This document shows positions 47,801-55,500 of a stretch of DNA of 64,000 nucleotides, piece after piece (the first letter of the stretch is position 1; each line of letters starts with the position of its first letter). The translations under genes were made by a program, and so were the position numbers. Location: positions 806,001 through 870,000 of the forward strand of contig CDRNST010000102.1 in NCBI GenBank assembly GCA_977016875.1, given 5' to 3'. The notes beneath the pieces were generated by a model. The model worked only from the letters and a program-made list of their open reading frames with translations, did no database searches and was not told where the DNA came from. The stretch comes from Pavona decussata. Its lineage: Eukaryota.

Positions 47801-47837
47801 TGCTCGCACAAGACGCTTATCCAAGACGAGAAGATAA
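328..47837 (+). CDS. PKHD1L1: 5'-truncated giant multidomain receptor: fibrocystin-L (PKHD1L1)-like ectodomain + cadherin repeats + TMEM132/Ig-like + cohesin-dockerin + SEA-like + TM + MYND finger. 28 exons: 328-518, 1720-2011, 4369-4656, 5791-6068, 6837-7092, 7362-8189, 9141-9205, 10215-10345, 11276-11394, 12337-14454, 15233-18515, 19621-20378, 20969-21187, 28694-28909, 29658-29897, 30171-30407, 30963-31168, 31979-32231, 33626-33805, 35814-36476, 37031-37803, 38499-39342, 39859-40236, 40912-41874, 42408-45292, 45918-46353, 46977-47258, 47647-47837
   Basis: All 27 introns are GT-AG with matching phases; the exon sum of 17,573 nt equals 2 nt plus 5,857 codons ending in TAA. PKHD1L1 hallmark peptides: WSSPYTWG, QAFRLGRYPIHFH, INPSDCVDMDCDA, GDYRIPK, NGPQDHGWCLGYTCQERISTF. 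The symbol applies to the N-terminal two-thirds only. Confidence 0.88.
639..1508. mobile_element. MITE-like repeat interrupted by the 847-1434 element; related copies near 2970-3270 and 55071-55323
   Basis: Ends AGAACGGTTTTCAATTGAG / TCAATCGAAAACCGCTC; internal AACCAATC and GCGCGGGAAAACG motifs shared with the 55071 copy. Confidence 0.6.
847..1434 (-). mobile_element. non-autonomous Kolobok-like DNA transposon with THAP-like fragment
   Basis: About 145-bp imperfect TIRs (AGTGCCTATGAAGCGAAAA / TTTTCGCTTCATGGGCACT), flanked by TTAG and TTAA; internal minus-strand RGRYCVAG...SCQNRSFT resembles a THAP N-terminus. Confidence 0.7.
1720..2011 (+). CDS. exon 2
   Basis: catgtag acceptor; FCFAYKG...DIFIDNVWIG; G/GTAAGG donor. 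Confidence 0.85.
2158..2770 (-). mobile_element. PIF/Harbinger deletion derivative
   Basis: About 79-bp perfect TIRs starting AGCCGCGGCCACACGAGCG; TAA TSD at 2155-2157 and 2771-2773; retains WVRPWLAKRKEQGFYHQLLTEI...LRMT, typical of Harbinger transposase N-termini. Confidence 0.88.
3407..3680. repeat. dispersed repeat, second copy at about 21728-21980
   Basis: Shared block TTGACCTATC...GATAAAACATCACGTGCAGTGGTTTTAAAACCCGAT...AAAAAACTCGCAGC. Confidence 0.8.
3946..4100. repeat. (AAT)n microsatellite grading into (GAT)n
   Basis: Direct reading. Confidence 0.97.
4234..4320. repeat. (ATTC)n / (GTTC)n microsatellite
   Basis: Direct reading. Confidence 0.95.
4369..4656 (+). CDS. exon 3
   Basis: tttcag acceptor; ARPNG...RIQKASPRVRGTFNITY; G/GTGGGT donor. 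Confidence 0.85.
4707..4800. mobile_element. 94-bp palindromic mini-MITE
   Basis: TAGTCTGAAATGTCAACCGTCT...AGACGGCTGACATTTCAGACTA with inner CCCCCTAACCC / GGGTTAGGGGG arms. Confidence 0.7.
5791..6068 (+). CDS. exon 4
   Basis: ttaccag acceptor; GGLFLDPIPGEFLRMP; CAG/GTAGGT donor. Confidence 0.9.
6301..6690. mobile_element. MITE with CAGGG termini
   Basis: CAGGGCAAACAACGA / TCGTTGGGTGCCCCTG; AATATT on both sides. Confidence 0.55.
6837..7092 (+). CDS. exon 5, IPT/TIG repeat
   Basis: tttcag acceptor; TPQITSISP...ITIRGSGF; G/GTAAGT donor. Confidence 0.9.
7362..8189 (+). CDS. exon 6, three IPT/TIG repeats
   Basis: Repeated PxxGSxxGGxxITIxGxGF motifs; AG acceptor, G/GTTAGT donor. Confidence 0.92.
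9141..9205 (+). CDS. exon 7 (small; start of cupredoxin-like insert)
   Basis: tttatcag acceptor; EFGRGYEWSPKHVTCYQGDTVE; GAG/GTAGGG donor; not in the ORF track. Confidence 0.85.
9331..9638. mobile_element. degenerate palindromic MITE
   Basis: Arms GGGCTATTGAAATCGAAAATCAAATTGGGGGTAACC / GGTAACCCCCAATTTCCTTTTCGATTTAAATAGTCC; boundaries approximate. Confidence 0.55.
9640..10019. mobile_element. TTAA-type (Kolobok-like) MITE, related to 33225-33592
   Basis: GGGGCAGTGTCA / TGACAGTGTCCCT ends, followed by TTAA; shared internal GGAATGGATT..AACTTGAAAAA-type motif. Confidence 0.6.
10215..10345 (+). CDS. exon 8 (cupredoxin-like insert)
   Basis: ttcgcag acceptor; WKWSGQEFSKVSYNVHQT...GFRSGSSRTGSFKH; AG/GTACAG donor, phase 2. 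Confidence 0.82.
10594..10770. repeat. dispersed repeat, inverted copy at about 32950-33116
   Basis: ATCAAACACGAGACACAGTGTTTCA...CACCGAGAAGAGAGTTG is the reverse complement of 33050-33110. Confidence 0.8.
11276..11394 (+). CDS. exon 9 (end of cupredoxin-like insert)
   Basis: ccgtag acceptor; FLAPGVYYYAGSGSVLMKGVIKV; G/GTATCA donor. Confidence 0.85.
12337..14454 (+). CDS. exon 10, seven IPT/TIG repeats and start of G8 domain
   Basis: 747-aa ORF; TIG motifs; ends YVDVWSSPYTWGNKPPPVE. Confidence 0.93.
15233..18515 (+). CDS. exon 11, G8 domain 1, parallel beta-helix, G8 domain 2
   Basis: 1115-aa ORF; GQTILLDQDTP, RAEVGLLTRNV, GRYPIHFH, second AEVGLLTRNI; AG/GTGAG donor. Confidence 0.95.
18751..18922. 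mobile_element. palindromic MITE (AATAGGCCATTT-type end)
   Basis: GGCGTCATTTT..AACTACCAGAAT / ATTCTGGTAGTT..AAAATGACGCC arms. Confidence 0.6.
19621..20378 (+). CDS. exon 12, second beta-helix region
   Basis: ttccag acceptor, phase 2; SYVRGNAIHDGFNPGIGVFGT; G/GTAACT donor. Confidence 0.92.
20775..20838. repeat. (TTA)n microsatellite
   Basis: Direct reading. Confidence 0.97.
20969..21187 (+). CDS. exon 13
   Basis: caccag acceptor; GGRIG...YPAING...DILHPVDVR; G/GTTTGT donor. Confidence 0.88.
22674..28480 (+). mobile_element. 5.8-kb Kolobok-like DNA transposon in intron 13
   Basis: TTAA TSD at 22670-22673 and 28481-28484; about 590-bp TIRs (GAGCGGCTG.CTGAGAATATCGAGAACTCGCGGTCAA...); decayed transposase exons inside. 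Confidence 0.88.
24230..24953 (+). pseudogene. decayed spliced DDE transposase fragment
   Basis: An exon ending at 24621 (YMAVVKGVCTESMIAGQDEVKNNPGYIVNGE/GT) splices in phase 0 to 24880-24953 (CVITDARHDSSRSAAHTTVSAISF/GTAAGT); upstream frameshifted C..C/C..H remnants. Confidence 0.65.
28694..28909 (+). CDS. exon 14
   Basis: gcttag acceptor; INPSDCVDMDCDARRQLLIRDLDGSF; G/GTAAAC donor. Confidence 0.92.
29658..29897 (+). CDS. exon 15
   Basis: cacag acceptor; GDYRIPK...YRMLVIESLDPDTETRRLSPVAL; not in the ORF track in this frame. Confidence 0.9.
30171..30407 (+). CDS. exon 16
   Basis: GYVNLLNGPQDHGWCLGYTCQERISTF; G/GTAAGT donor. Confidence 0.92.
30963..31168 (+). CDS. exon 17
   Basis: GANYFDR...VRGSEPVDIR; CAG/GTAAAG donor. 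Confidence 0.9.
31979..32231 (+). CDS. exon 18, contains furin-type site RRRRKR
   Basis: DDFFKENLLNNLIALLGI...RIRIV...IEIGDPP. Confidence 0.9.
33225..33592. mobile_element. TTAA-flanked MITE
   Basis: TTAA-AGGAGAAGTATCA ... TGAGACTTCCCCT-TTAA. Confidence 0.7.
33626..33805 (+). CDS. exon 19
   Basis: Phase 1-1; PIPEPVDPTGGVRATNETG continues as GPN in the next exon. Confidence 0.85.
33936..34988. mobile_element. composite MITE containing a nested palindromic element (34108-34716)
   Basis: TAGAGAGATT / AATCTCTCTA ends; direct duplicate GACCACGTGACCATGTTTA at about 33964 and about 34792; nested arms TCAAGAAAATTAA.GCA.GGGT.TCTAGTTATT / AATAACTAGACACCCATGCCTTAATTTTCTTGA. Confidence 0.6.
35087..35417 (-). 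mobile_element. tRNA-derived SINE-like repeat flanked by about 65-bp direct repeats; deleted relative at about 47412-47502 (+)
   Basis: Minus strand TAGCTCAGTGGTAGAGCATCCG...AGGTTCGACTCCTG; TATATGAAATAA.TGTGATGGTAT...GAATGAGAATGA..TGTATTATTCT repeated at 35087 and 35347. Confidence 0.75.
35814..36476 (+). CDS. exon 20, Ig-like modules 1-2
   Basis: PFTIQPKLKLVD...GWANFTDLSI and SFGKQPRIEVRD repeats. Confidence 0.9.
37031..37803 (+). CDS. exon 21, Ig-like modules 2-4
   Basis: Repeats QPGxxNxT/S...QPxxEVR...FxxLxI; ATG/GTAAGT donor. Confidence 0.9.
38499..39342 (+). CDS. exon 22, cadherin repeats 1-3
   Basis: ATDQDSG, LDRE, DVNDNAP, NEFTP motifs. Confidence 0.93.
39859..40236 (+). CDS. exon 23, cadherin repeats 3-4
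   Basis: LDYE, DMNDNAP, ASDPDGG motifs. Confidence 0.92.
40331..40565. mobile_element. MITE, second copy at about 63442-63675
   Basis: GCTTTCCATTTG..AGAACTGGCC / GGCCAGTTCT.ACAAATGGAAAGC arms; shared CACTCCGAAAATGG core. Confidence 0.65.
40912..41874 (+). CDS. exon 24, cadherin repeats 4-7
   Basis: NEFAP, LDRE, DVNDNAP, NEFPP motifs. Confidence 0.93.
42147..42316. repeat. long inverted repeat (part of a MITE)
   Basis: AAATCGACGGCAGTTTT...ATAAAATGTTCAAAAC / GTTTTGAACATTTTAT...AAAACTGCCGTCGATTT. Confidence 0.75.
42408..45292 (+). CDS. exon 25: end of cadherin 7, TMEM132/BIG-like modules, cohesin-like, dockerin, SEA-like, transmembrane helix (about 44975-45052)
   Basis: 976-aa ORF; LDFE; SSDPDVASVD; GDIDLDCTFDIVD...DVNWNEAIENND; VRKGSI; VYIIIIACVAGFVVILIVVIIIYCVY followed by WRK; CAG/GTAACT donor. 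Confidence 0.9.
45918..46353 (+). CDS. exon 26, low-complexity cytoplasmic segment
   Basis: tttcacag acceptor, phase 0; S/P/E/D-rich; RRRRASS; A/GTAAGT donor. Confidence 0.8.
46977..47258 (+). CDS. exon 27, putative ubiquitin-like (beta-grasp) module
   Basis: ctgcag acceptor, phase 1; G/GTGAGT donor. Confidence 0.8.
47647..47837 (+). CDS. terminal exon, MYND-type zinc finger
   Basis: CQCGKVAYIWCPRCNVQGYCGEDCRGRDESEHAKLC; stop TAA at 47835-47837. Confidence 0.85.
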
Positions 47838-48631
47838 TGCGTATACAAGCATATACTGGAGGTGTCCATCTGTTTATAAAATGCCGAGCTCATCTGATTT
47901 AGCGCGAGTAACAAGATTTTTAGTGGTAAAGAAACTCATGTCCTAATAAGGGCTGAATAAGGACAACTTTCACTGTTCCTGACACGTACTCTCGTTCGAG
48001 ATAAGATAAGATCTTTCTCAGAATTTAAATGAAAGAGGACGAAATTACTTTCTATGGAGGTATACTTTGAACATTCCTTTTTCTGCTTGATTTGTCGATT
48101 TTGATGATCAAGCCGCCAGCCAAACACTTGGTTTGTATTATTAGCCAATCAGAGGCCTTCATTTTAGTTGATCTAACCCGTTTGACTACTAAACGGCGGG
48201 AAAAATGTTCTATGAAATTACCTTTCACAAACTTTATGAGCTACGAGCTGATCGCAGATGGACATGCGCTTTGCTCTAGGTGTAATTAAACATGTTTAAC
48301 CATTGTCTGGAACAATAGGTGCGCAGGTAGGATCGTAAAAATCTTAACACGGTATTTTCAAACTTTTGTCTCGTTTTTTGAATTTAGTTGAGGAGCGTAT
48401 TTCAAATGAAATTTTTATTAATATTACATACATGCGGTGGCGGTTACCTTTTTGTATTATACTGCTTCTTTTTATTGTTGGCAATATATAAAACATACAA
48501 ATATAAAGTTTTACGTGCATGAAATTAGCATTTATAAAATAGTGGTGTCTTTTCAGCCTAGTCGCGTCCAGACTTTCCCGAATCCAGTTGGTCAGCGGAA
48601 GTCCTGGGATCGATGGTCACGTTCAGTAACG

Positions 48632-48816
48632 CAATCTCGTACCCAGAATCCTCAGGCTTTTTGGTCAGCGGGTGGTCGCCAGGAGAGCTTCTGGGGTACT
48701 GGAATTGTATTACCGCAGGATTTCTGCGTAAAACAATGCAAGCCGTTTCGGGGCAAACAATCAAAAAATTTAAAATTTTTCGAACTCTTAACCAGAGGAC
48801 TCTGGGTACGAGATTG
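48632..48816. mobile_element. 185-bp MITE with 9-bp TSD
   Basis: CAATCTCGTACCCAGA / TCTGGGTACGAGATTG TIRs; TCAGTAACG at 48623-48631 and 48817-48825. Confidence 0.88.
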
Positions 48817-50202
48817 TCAGTAACGCGACCATACCCTTGCACTGACCAATAGAGAACGCAGGCTCTATGAAGGGATTCTAGTTAGTAGGAGTTTCTTTTC
48901 TTAACAGCAAACAGTTTATAAGTTTCATATTAAGAAGGTGAATTTTGTTTGCGTATAACTCGCGCATGTGTAAGTGGCTCATATGCTTGTTCACACGGGA
49001 GCATGGAAACTCTCTTTTGTAACAAAAATAATGTACAAAGAATGTAGAATATAGCGGTGTGTGTAAGTGACAGTGCACACACAAGGCATACCTTAATGCT
49101 CATTCAGAAAATCACAGGAAAATTATTATCACATCCATTACAAGAGAAAATGACCTCTGGTCATGTGGTATTCATACAGCTCTGAAGACGGTCGATTCGT
49201 CCGTGTGCGAAACTCGCCCTTTCATTCAGTAGACCCGGTTTTAATGGTTTCTCGCTTGCTTTTCTTAATGTGAGCGAGTTTTTGCATCTGGGCGAATTTG
49301 CAACATGGGCGAATAGAGCAATGTTATGTATATAAATAAGAGTGTAATATAAGGAGACTAGCTGTTAGCCTTTGTTTTTAGCACGACTTTTTTTACTGTC
49401 TTTGTGTACTTGAGAAGGTATTTTGTTAAAATAAAATCGTTTTCAAGACTAAAGTTTCAGTTACGATTTTTCAAAGATTTCTTAAAGCTGAAACTGCAAG
49501 CTGTCCGGTTATTTTCCAGGGATAGGCATTTGAGAAACTTCTAGCGTCGAGTTCCTCCACAATTTCCTTTCCAGGATCCACGTTGACAGTCGTCCACGTT
49601 GCCGTGGCTCCTTTCCGCTGGAAAAAGGTAACGTGGGCTCTTTGCAAGAGGTATAACGAATGTTGTGCCGCTAGTACTAATGGCACAAATGAGGGATCAG
49701 AGAGTTCGGAGTTCGCTTGTTTAGCACTCAAATGACGTTGTTAAATCCAAGATGACGCGAAAACTGAAAAACAATTGCAAGAAAACCAAAAGTGAAAACA
49801 GGCAATAATCCAATCCTGTTTTATCTGACACCGAATTATGGTTTGCTTTTTGCAACGAAATTTGAAATTACAAGGTGTTTCGCCGAACAATTGATCGTCA
49901 ATTTATTTCAATAGCGGACTTGAAGATGCGTTGGTGAAGCTACCTTTTGCAAGTTAGTTTTACAAGCTGGCGAGAAAAAAAATATCCACCATTGTTCCTA
50001 CTTAGTTACCTTGTTTATTTCCTTTTTTTTACATTTTTCTTTTTCCTCGAGGCAAGGCTTTTTGAAAACAGTATTTAACGTTACGCGGTGGTCTCCAAAA
50101 AATTCACTATTTGCTATTTGTTCATCTTTCGGACAATATCATGGTACCTGATTGGAAAAATGTCGTTTCGAAGATATAACCATAAAACACTCTGCATCTT
50201 GA

Positions 50203-50573
50203 GGGCCTCTTCATATGAGCCCGGTAACCAGGCTGCCCCGGTAGGCGGGACGAATTTTGTCTTCTGTTCATATGGGAAATTTAATCCCGGTTACCGAGAT
50301 AAAAAATGCCCAAAAGGCCCCCAATATACCCGTGGAACCGCGTTCCGACTTGTCGGCGACCTTACAAGCCATGCGCAGTTGAAAATGTTTTGTCAGGGAC
50401 AGTCCCGCTATCCGGGCTAGAGTCTTCATATGGACAAAATGTCCAGCTCGTTGACCGAGATCCAGCCCGCCTTCTCATATGAGCACGTCGAAATTTTTGT
50501 AAAGAAAAGAGTGGTGAAACGAGATCTCGGAAACCGAGCCAGCCCGGTCGACCGGGCTCATATAAAGAGGCCC
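50203..50573. mobile_element. PIF/Harbinger-type MITE
   Basis: GGGCCTCTTCATATGAGCCCGGT / ACCGGGCTCATATAAAGAGGCCC TIRs; 3-bp TGA TSD. Confidence 0.82.
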
Positions 50574-51800
50574 TGAATAGTCCTTTTTCTCGGTCTCTTT
50601 GGTCGGTTAAAAAATAGTGATTGGCATTAATTTTTAATTTTAATAATAATTTGTTTGAGCAGACTTATTTGCTCAGTGTTTTATTTGAAGTTAAATGCTT
50701 TCCAGAAAGCCGTTGGGACGCACGACTTGTCCTGACATCTTACACTGCCGGTGTTTTTTGAATCAGTCAGTATATAACAGCAGAGAACAGAGCGAATCGT
50801 TATGGTGAGGAGCTAACACTAGAAAAGTCAGCACTCGAATCTCTTCACAGTGGCCAAATTACGAAATTATACCTTATCAACTCAGTTGATAAAACCTTTT
50901 TGGTTGCAATTGGCTTTTACAATAAGAGCAGCGTAGGACACTTAGCTTACACCAAAAAACGGGTTACCATAAACGTACAAAGGCTCATTTTCTGGAGAGA
51001 TTTTTATGGGAACGATTTTTAGTGTTTGAAATTTGGGGGCTTATGTTGGGAAGTGAGGCTTATAACCAGATTTTAACGCTATCTCGGTAGGCTGCGACCA
51101 ATCAGCACACGTGATTGTTTATATTCAGAAGCTGTTAATGTATGCTAAAATTCAACACGCTGGTAATCCCAAATCAGCCTTTTCTTAATCCTGTTTTTGT
51201 TGTACAGTACAAACGTGCAGTCTTTAACCAGGCAGAAAATGCGCCCTTTTTATCCCGTTATTACTGTATTGTTAGCAGATATAAGAGTTAATCCACCGTT
51301 ACTACCTCCCATATCCCGTACCATGTAAATACGCAGACTCACTTTTAAGTTTGTTTGTAATAAGTCATATACGAAAGTTTAGTTCTCAGTGCGTATGACA
51401 TGTATAGATCTGAATGCTAAACACAGGCGATTGGTTTATGAAAGTAAACACTGGTGCAACGTGTGTAGCGAGTGAAGAGGGTAAGCTGACGTTAACCCCA
51501 TTGTTGAACTAACAAATTGACATCTTGTGGTCAAACGAACACAAACACTTTACAATGAACCAAAGGAAAGGAAAAGTTGACGTAATGCCAGTGAACAATA
51601 AAGGACTTTATTTCTGATATGCGAATACAAAAGATAATTTTAATTCGGCATTAGACTTAATGAGAAAATAACATATTCCATTTTGCGATTGTACAGCACA
51701 AAGGAGACGTCTTTATTGGAGTGCGAAGTATATTTTGGCCGTATCAGCATTTAGTCATGCCACTGAAACCATAGAAGGAACGTGTACATGCTTCGTCGCT

Positions 51801-52580
51801 ATGCCCTACAAACGTTTATTTACCCAGGCTGATCCAGTTTTGGGATTACAGAAACACAATACAGGGTCTTCGAATATGCGTGGAAAAGCTTCTAACCGGA
51901 CAAAAGATGGCAGAGGTGGTCTTATTGTTGAAACGGTCGTGGGAGTAGAAAAGGAAAGGCCGAAATCGCGCGAGAGAAGTAAAACTCCGGATATTGTATC
52001 GAAATGGTATCGCGACGGCTCAAGCTTGAACGATCCGGATTTTTCGAAGAAAGTGAATTTCTCATCGCAACCAAACACTAGACAAGTTATTTACCAATCG
52101 AAGATAAAACCAAGGAACAGGGCGGCCTCTAAGGTGTTAGAAACTGAATCAATAGGACGAACAGTGTTATATACAGATGGGACGCCCACGGACGGAAAGA
52201 GACGCAAGAGCGAAGCACCAGAAAGACTAAAGCAAACAACAGACTCTTGGCGTTCTCGAACTGATTTTCCTGACGGGGTAAAAGGGCCTGTTAGCTCGAC
52301 TAGAAAGCGTTCTCTATCCGTTCCACCTGATCCTGGGCAAAAGATTTCTATTTCAACCATCGTAAAAGCTAGAAACATGGCTATGAAGTGGCGTGGAAAG
52401 AACGGTAGAATGGGAAGAAGGCATACAGTCCTGCCAACGATAGCCGACGACTCGACAAAGTTCTCGCTCTGCGCGAACGTGAAATGCAGTCCACAGTTTG
52501 AGGCGGTGATTAAACTCTTAGAAGGAGACGAAGAAGTTGATGATGCAGATAAAAGCTTTAAACTGCTGAGTGTAAAATGA
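51801..52580 (+). CDS. uncharacterised basic, probably disordered 259-aa protein (single coding exon)
   Basis: 780-nt open frame from ATG 51801 in AT-rich DNA; candidate 5'UTR intron from donor G/GTAAGC at 51481 to acceptor gtacag at 51696; no family recognised. Confidence 0.6.
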   Translation: MPYKRLFTQADPVLGLQKHNTGSSNMRGKASNRTKDGRGGLIVETVVGVEKERPKSRERSKTPDIVSKWYRDGSSLNDPDFSKKVNFSSQPNTRQVIYQSKIKPRNRAASKVLETESIGRTVLYTDGTPTDGKRRKSEAPERLKQTTDSWRSRTDFPDGVKGPVSSTRKRSLSVPPDPGQKISISTIVKARNMAMKWRGKNGRMGRRHTVLPTIADDSTKFSLCANVKCSPQFEAVIKLLEGDEEVDDADKSFKLLSVK

Positions 52581-55500
52581 TCAATACAAATATCGATGGC
52601 TTTTGGTAACTGAAATAACGATGCTTTTGCCGGACTCGTTTCAGGAAGAAGTACACTTCCTGTAGGAAAACGAACAAGAACAATACCTTGGTGTTGTACT
52701 GTACGAGAAATGGGAAGTTGAAAAGTGAAGTGTACATAGAAAAGTACGTTTCGGATTACGGTATATTTTACATAAGAATCATGTCATTCACTTAGCAGTA
52801 CTTAGCAGTTCGACAGCCGAACGAAAATGGCCAAAACCTACATACATATCGCCTGACAATGCCAGTTTCGGTTTTCCAATTTGACTTGGTGTTTAATGCT
52901 CAAGTAGAGACAAACAAGAGGATTTTAGCAAAGAATGAAATAACTTTTCTTTCTTGAAGAAAGAGAGTCAACCAGTTTCGAAGTCGGTAGCGAAAAGTGA
53001 AGGAACGAAAAGGCAACAAGTTATCGTTGTTGTTCCTGTTTAATTTAAGTTTTACAATGGATGAAAGTTTACAAAGTAAACGATTCACTTGTCGACTTAT
53101 TAGTGATGAAGAATATAAAATTGCAACGCAAAGGCCGATAAAACCAACTTTAAAATTTACTCTATGGCACTAACTTTTCATTCTAACTACAAAACTTATC
53201 CAAATCGCAAGGCCTTATTTGTGAGCTTATCAATTGAGGGCCAATATCACATGTAAAAAATTGTAACCTCATTTTTTCGCACGCGCGCGTCAATTAGCTT
53301 TCAAAGACAAAGGGGCAATCCTGAAATTTGCATGTGAAAGAGAAGCCAAAGTAAACAACTGCACTTTGAAGAGAAAAAAATCTGACATTAAATCAACACA
53401 TGTTTCGTTAAAAGTAATCACAGAAGGCTTATGGTCCCGACGTTTACTTGCTGATAAATTGGAACGGCTAGGCTCGAAGTAGCCAATTTTTGCAGTGGAT
53501 TTCACATGCTAGTCAGTAGCCAGTAATTGGAAAATTATTGCTCGCCTTTTAATTAGGTTTTCTTTCTTGATTATTGTTCTTTTGACACTTTACAAAAAGG
53601 CAGCTTCGTTTAATGCTAGCTTTAATACGATAATTACTCTAATTTTGGAACTTACTTTGCTTAAGTATTTTTAACATTCCGGCTCTGAACAATTGACCAA
53701 GACATTATACATCCGTACTGTCGTGCGTCGTGAAGTGGAAGCAATTTCAACTAGTTCCTAGTTTAAACTCATCTAAATTATCAGTGTTTTGGGAGATTTT
53801 TGTGTTAAGTGACGCATGTGCCTCCCTTCTCATTTCAGTAATCTAGAGTCTTGATCCAACAAGAAAAGAGAAAAAAGAAAGCATCAGAAGAACCGAGTGT
53901 GACTTGCATTGAGATCGGCAAAAGCACAAGATGTAAAAAGAATGTGTTTGCTTATTTCAGGAATGTGCAATGCTTTTCTCACAAGTGTGAACTTGTGTCA
54001 AATTACGTCAAGCATTTAGCAGCATGCGCGGCGTGTGCGTCTGTGGTCTTACACTTGCAAGCTAGAAATTGCAAGCAAATGTTCATGTCAAAAATAGACA
54101 AATTTTCCGCGTATTTAAAGAGTTTAGCCCCAGTAAAAGTGTTTTTTCCTGTGCTGTTTTGTGCATGCTTTCTTGTACTAATTGCACAGAGAACACGTGA
54201 ACTGTTTTCTGTTTCCTTTCCTGAAAATCAACAGTGTTTCCATAGAAACACGACCTTCAACCAGCGAGATTGGTCGCTCACTGAAGGTTCTTTTTATACA
54301 GTGGAGCCGGTATGTCCTGGTGTTGACCGTGTAATTCATCTACATCTGATTTTACCAGTGAGAGTCTAATCAAGTTTATGCCTCTTCAGTGAAATTCAGT
54401 AATACTCTTTACGCTATCGTGATCCTCTTCACGTTTTCATACTGTGTTTGCCTCTTTCGTTGTGTGGGAGCACTTCCTTGTGTTTGAGTAGTCTACTGGT
54501 GTAGTGACGTTTGAGGAACGAAGCTATCATCGAGGCAGTAGCCTCAGTAAACATTTCCAAGTTCAGGATATCCAATTATCTCAAAATGAAATAGACCTTT
54601 TGAACCCATTTAGAATACGTCTGAAGAGACTGGGGATTGCCAGCCACAAGCAACTATTTTTATTAGTCAGAACAGAGGGACTACCATTTTCTCTCTCCAG
54701 ATCTGGTATTTCATTTTCACCAACCGCTTTTGAAGTTATTGACAATAAACACTTGAAACAAGAATCAAATTTTTTCTCATAGTGTTTAACTTTTTTATTT
54801 ATATATTTAATGCTTTATTGACGTATACTACCAAATTTCTTCTGTTAAATGTGAGCACTTTTTAAAAGTTTGTTATTTTTCATGTTTCATCTCGTTAATT
54901 TGTAGTCCGAACATTATACTGAAAGAGTTGTTGTAAAGAATATTTGGGAGCAATCTCATTTATAAAATCCTGTCACATGAAACTTCAAGGTGACCAAAGC
55001 TCAGATTGTGCAAGGTCAGATCATGGGCTCCTGGCAAGCTAGGTCCATGAAAGGAAGACTACTGTGTTAAGAGCGGTTTACAGTTGAGTGTCGAAAGTAA
55101 TTTCGCATTTGCTTTGGTTTTGCATTACTACGCTCTGTGATTGGTTAAAAACAACCCGCGCCACTTTCTCAACCAATGGGAATCCAAACCCGAAACCAAT
55201 CGTGTTTTGGCCGCACGGGTTTTCTCGCGCGCCGGTTACACGTATTTACTTCGAATTCTGAATGGTTCATTGTGCTGTTTATAACTGTTTTGGTTTAACG
55301 ACACTGAATTGGAAACCGCTCTATTTATTTCTTTATTTTATTTTATTTTTTGCTACCTTGGCAAATGTTTCGGTATACGCTTTTGCGATAGCGAGAAAAG
55401 CTTGCTTCGGCCTTTTCATTTTTAAAAAGGAGAGTTGTGATGCTGGATTGTACATACCGCTTTAATCGTATTCTCGAAGGTTGCAATTATGGAGCGCTGA

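Noticed and set aside
38499-47837. Separate protocadherin/Fat-like gene
   Set aside because: No signal peptide or start exon is evident, and the upstream exons have no stop or TM and join in phase
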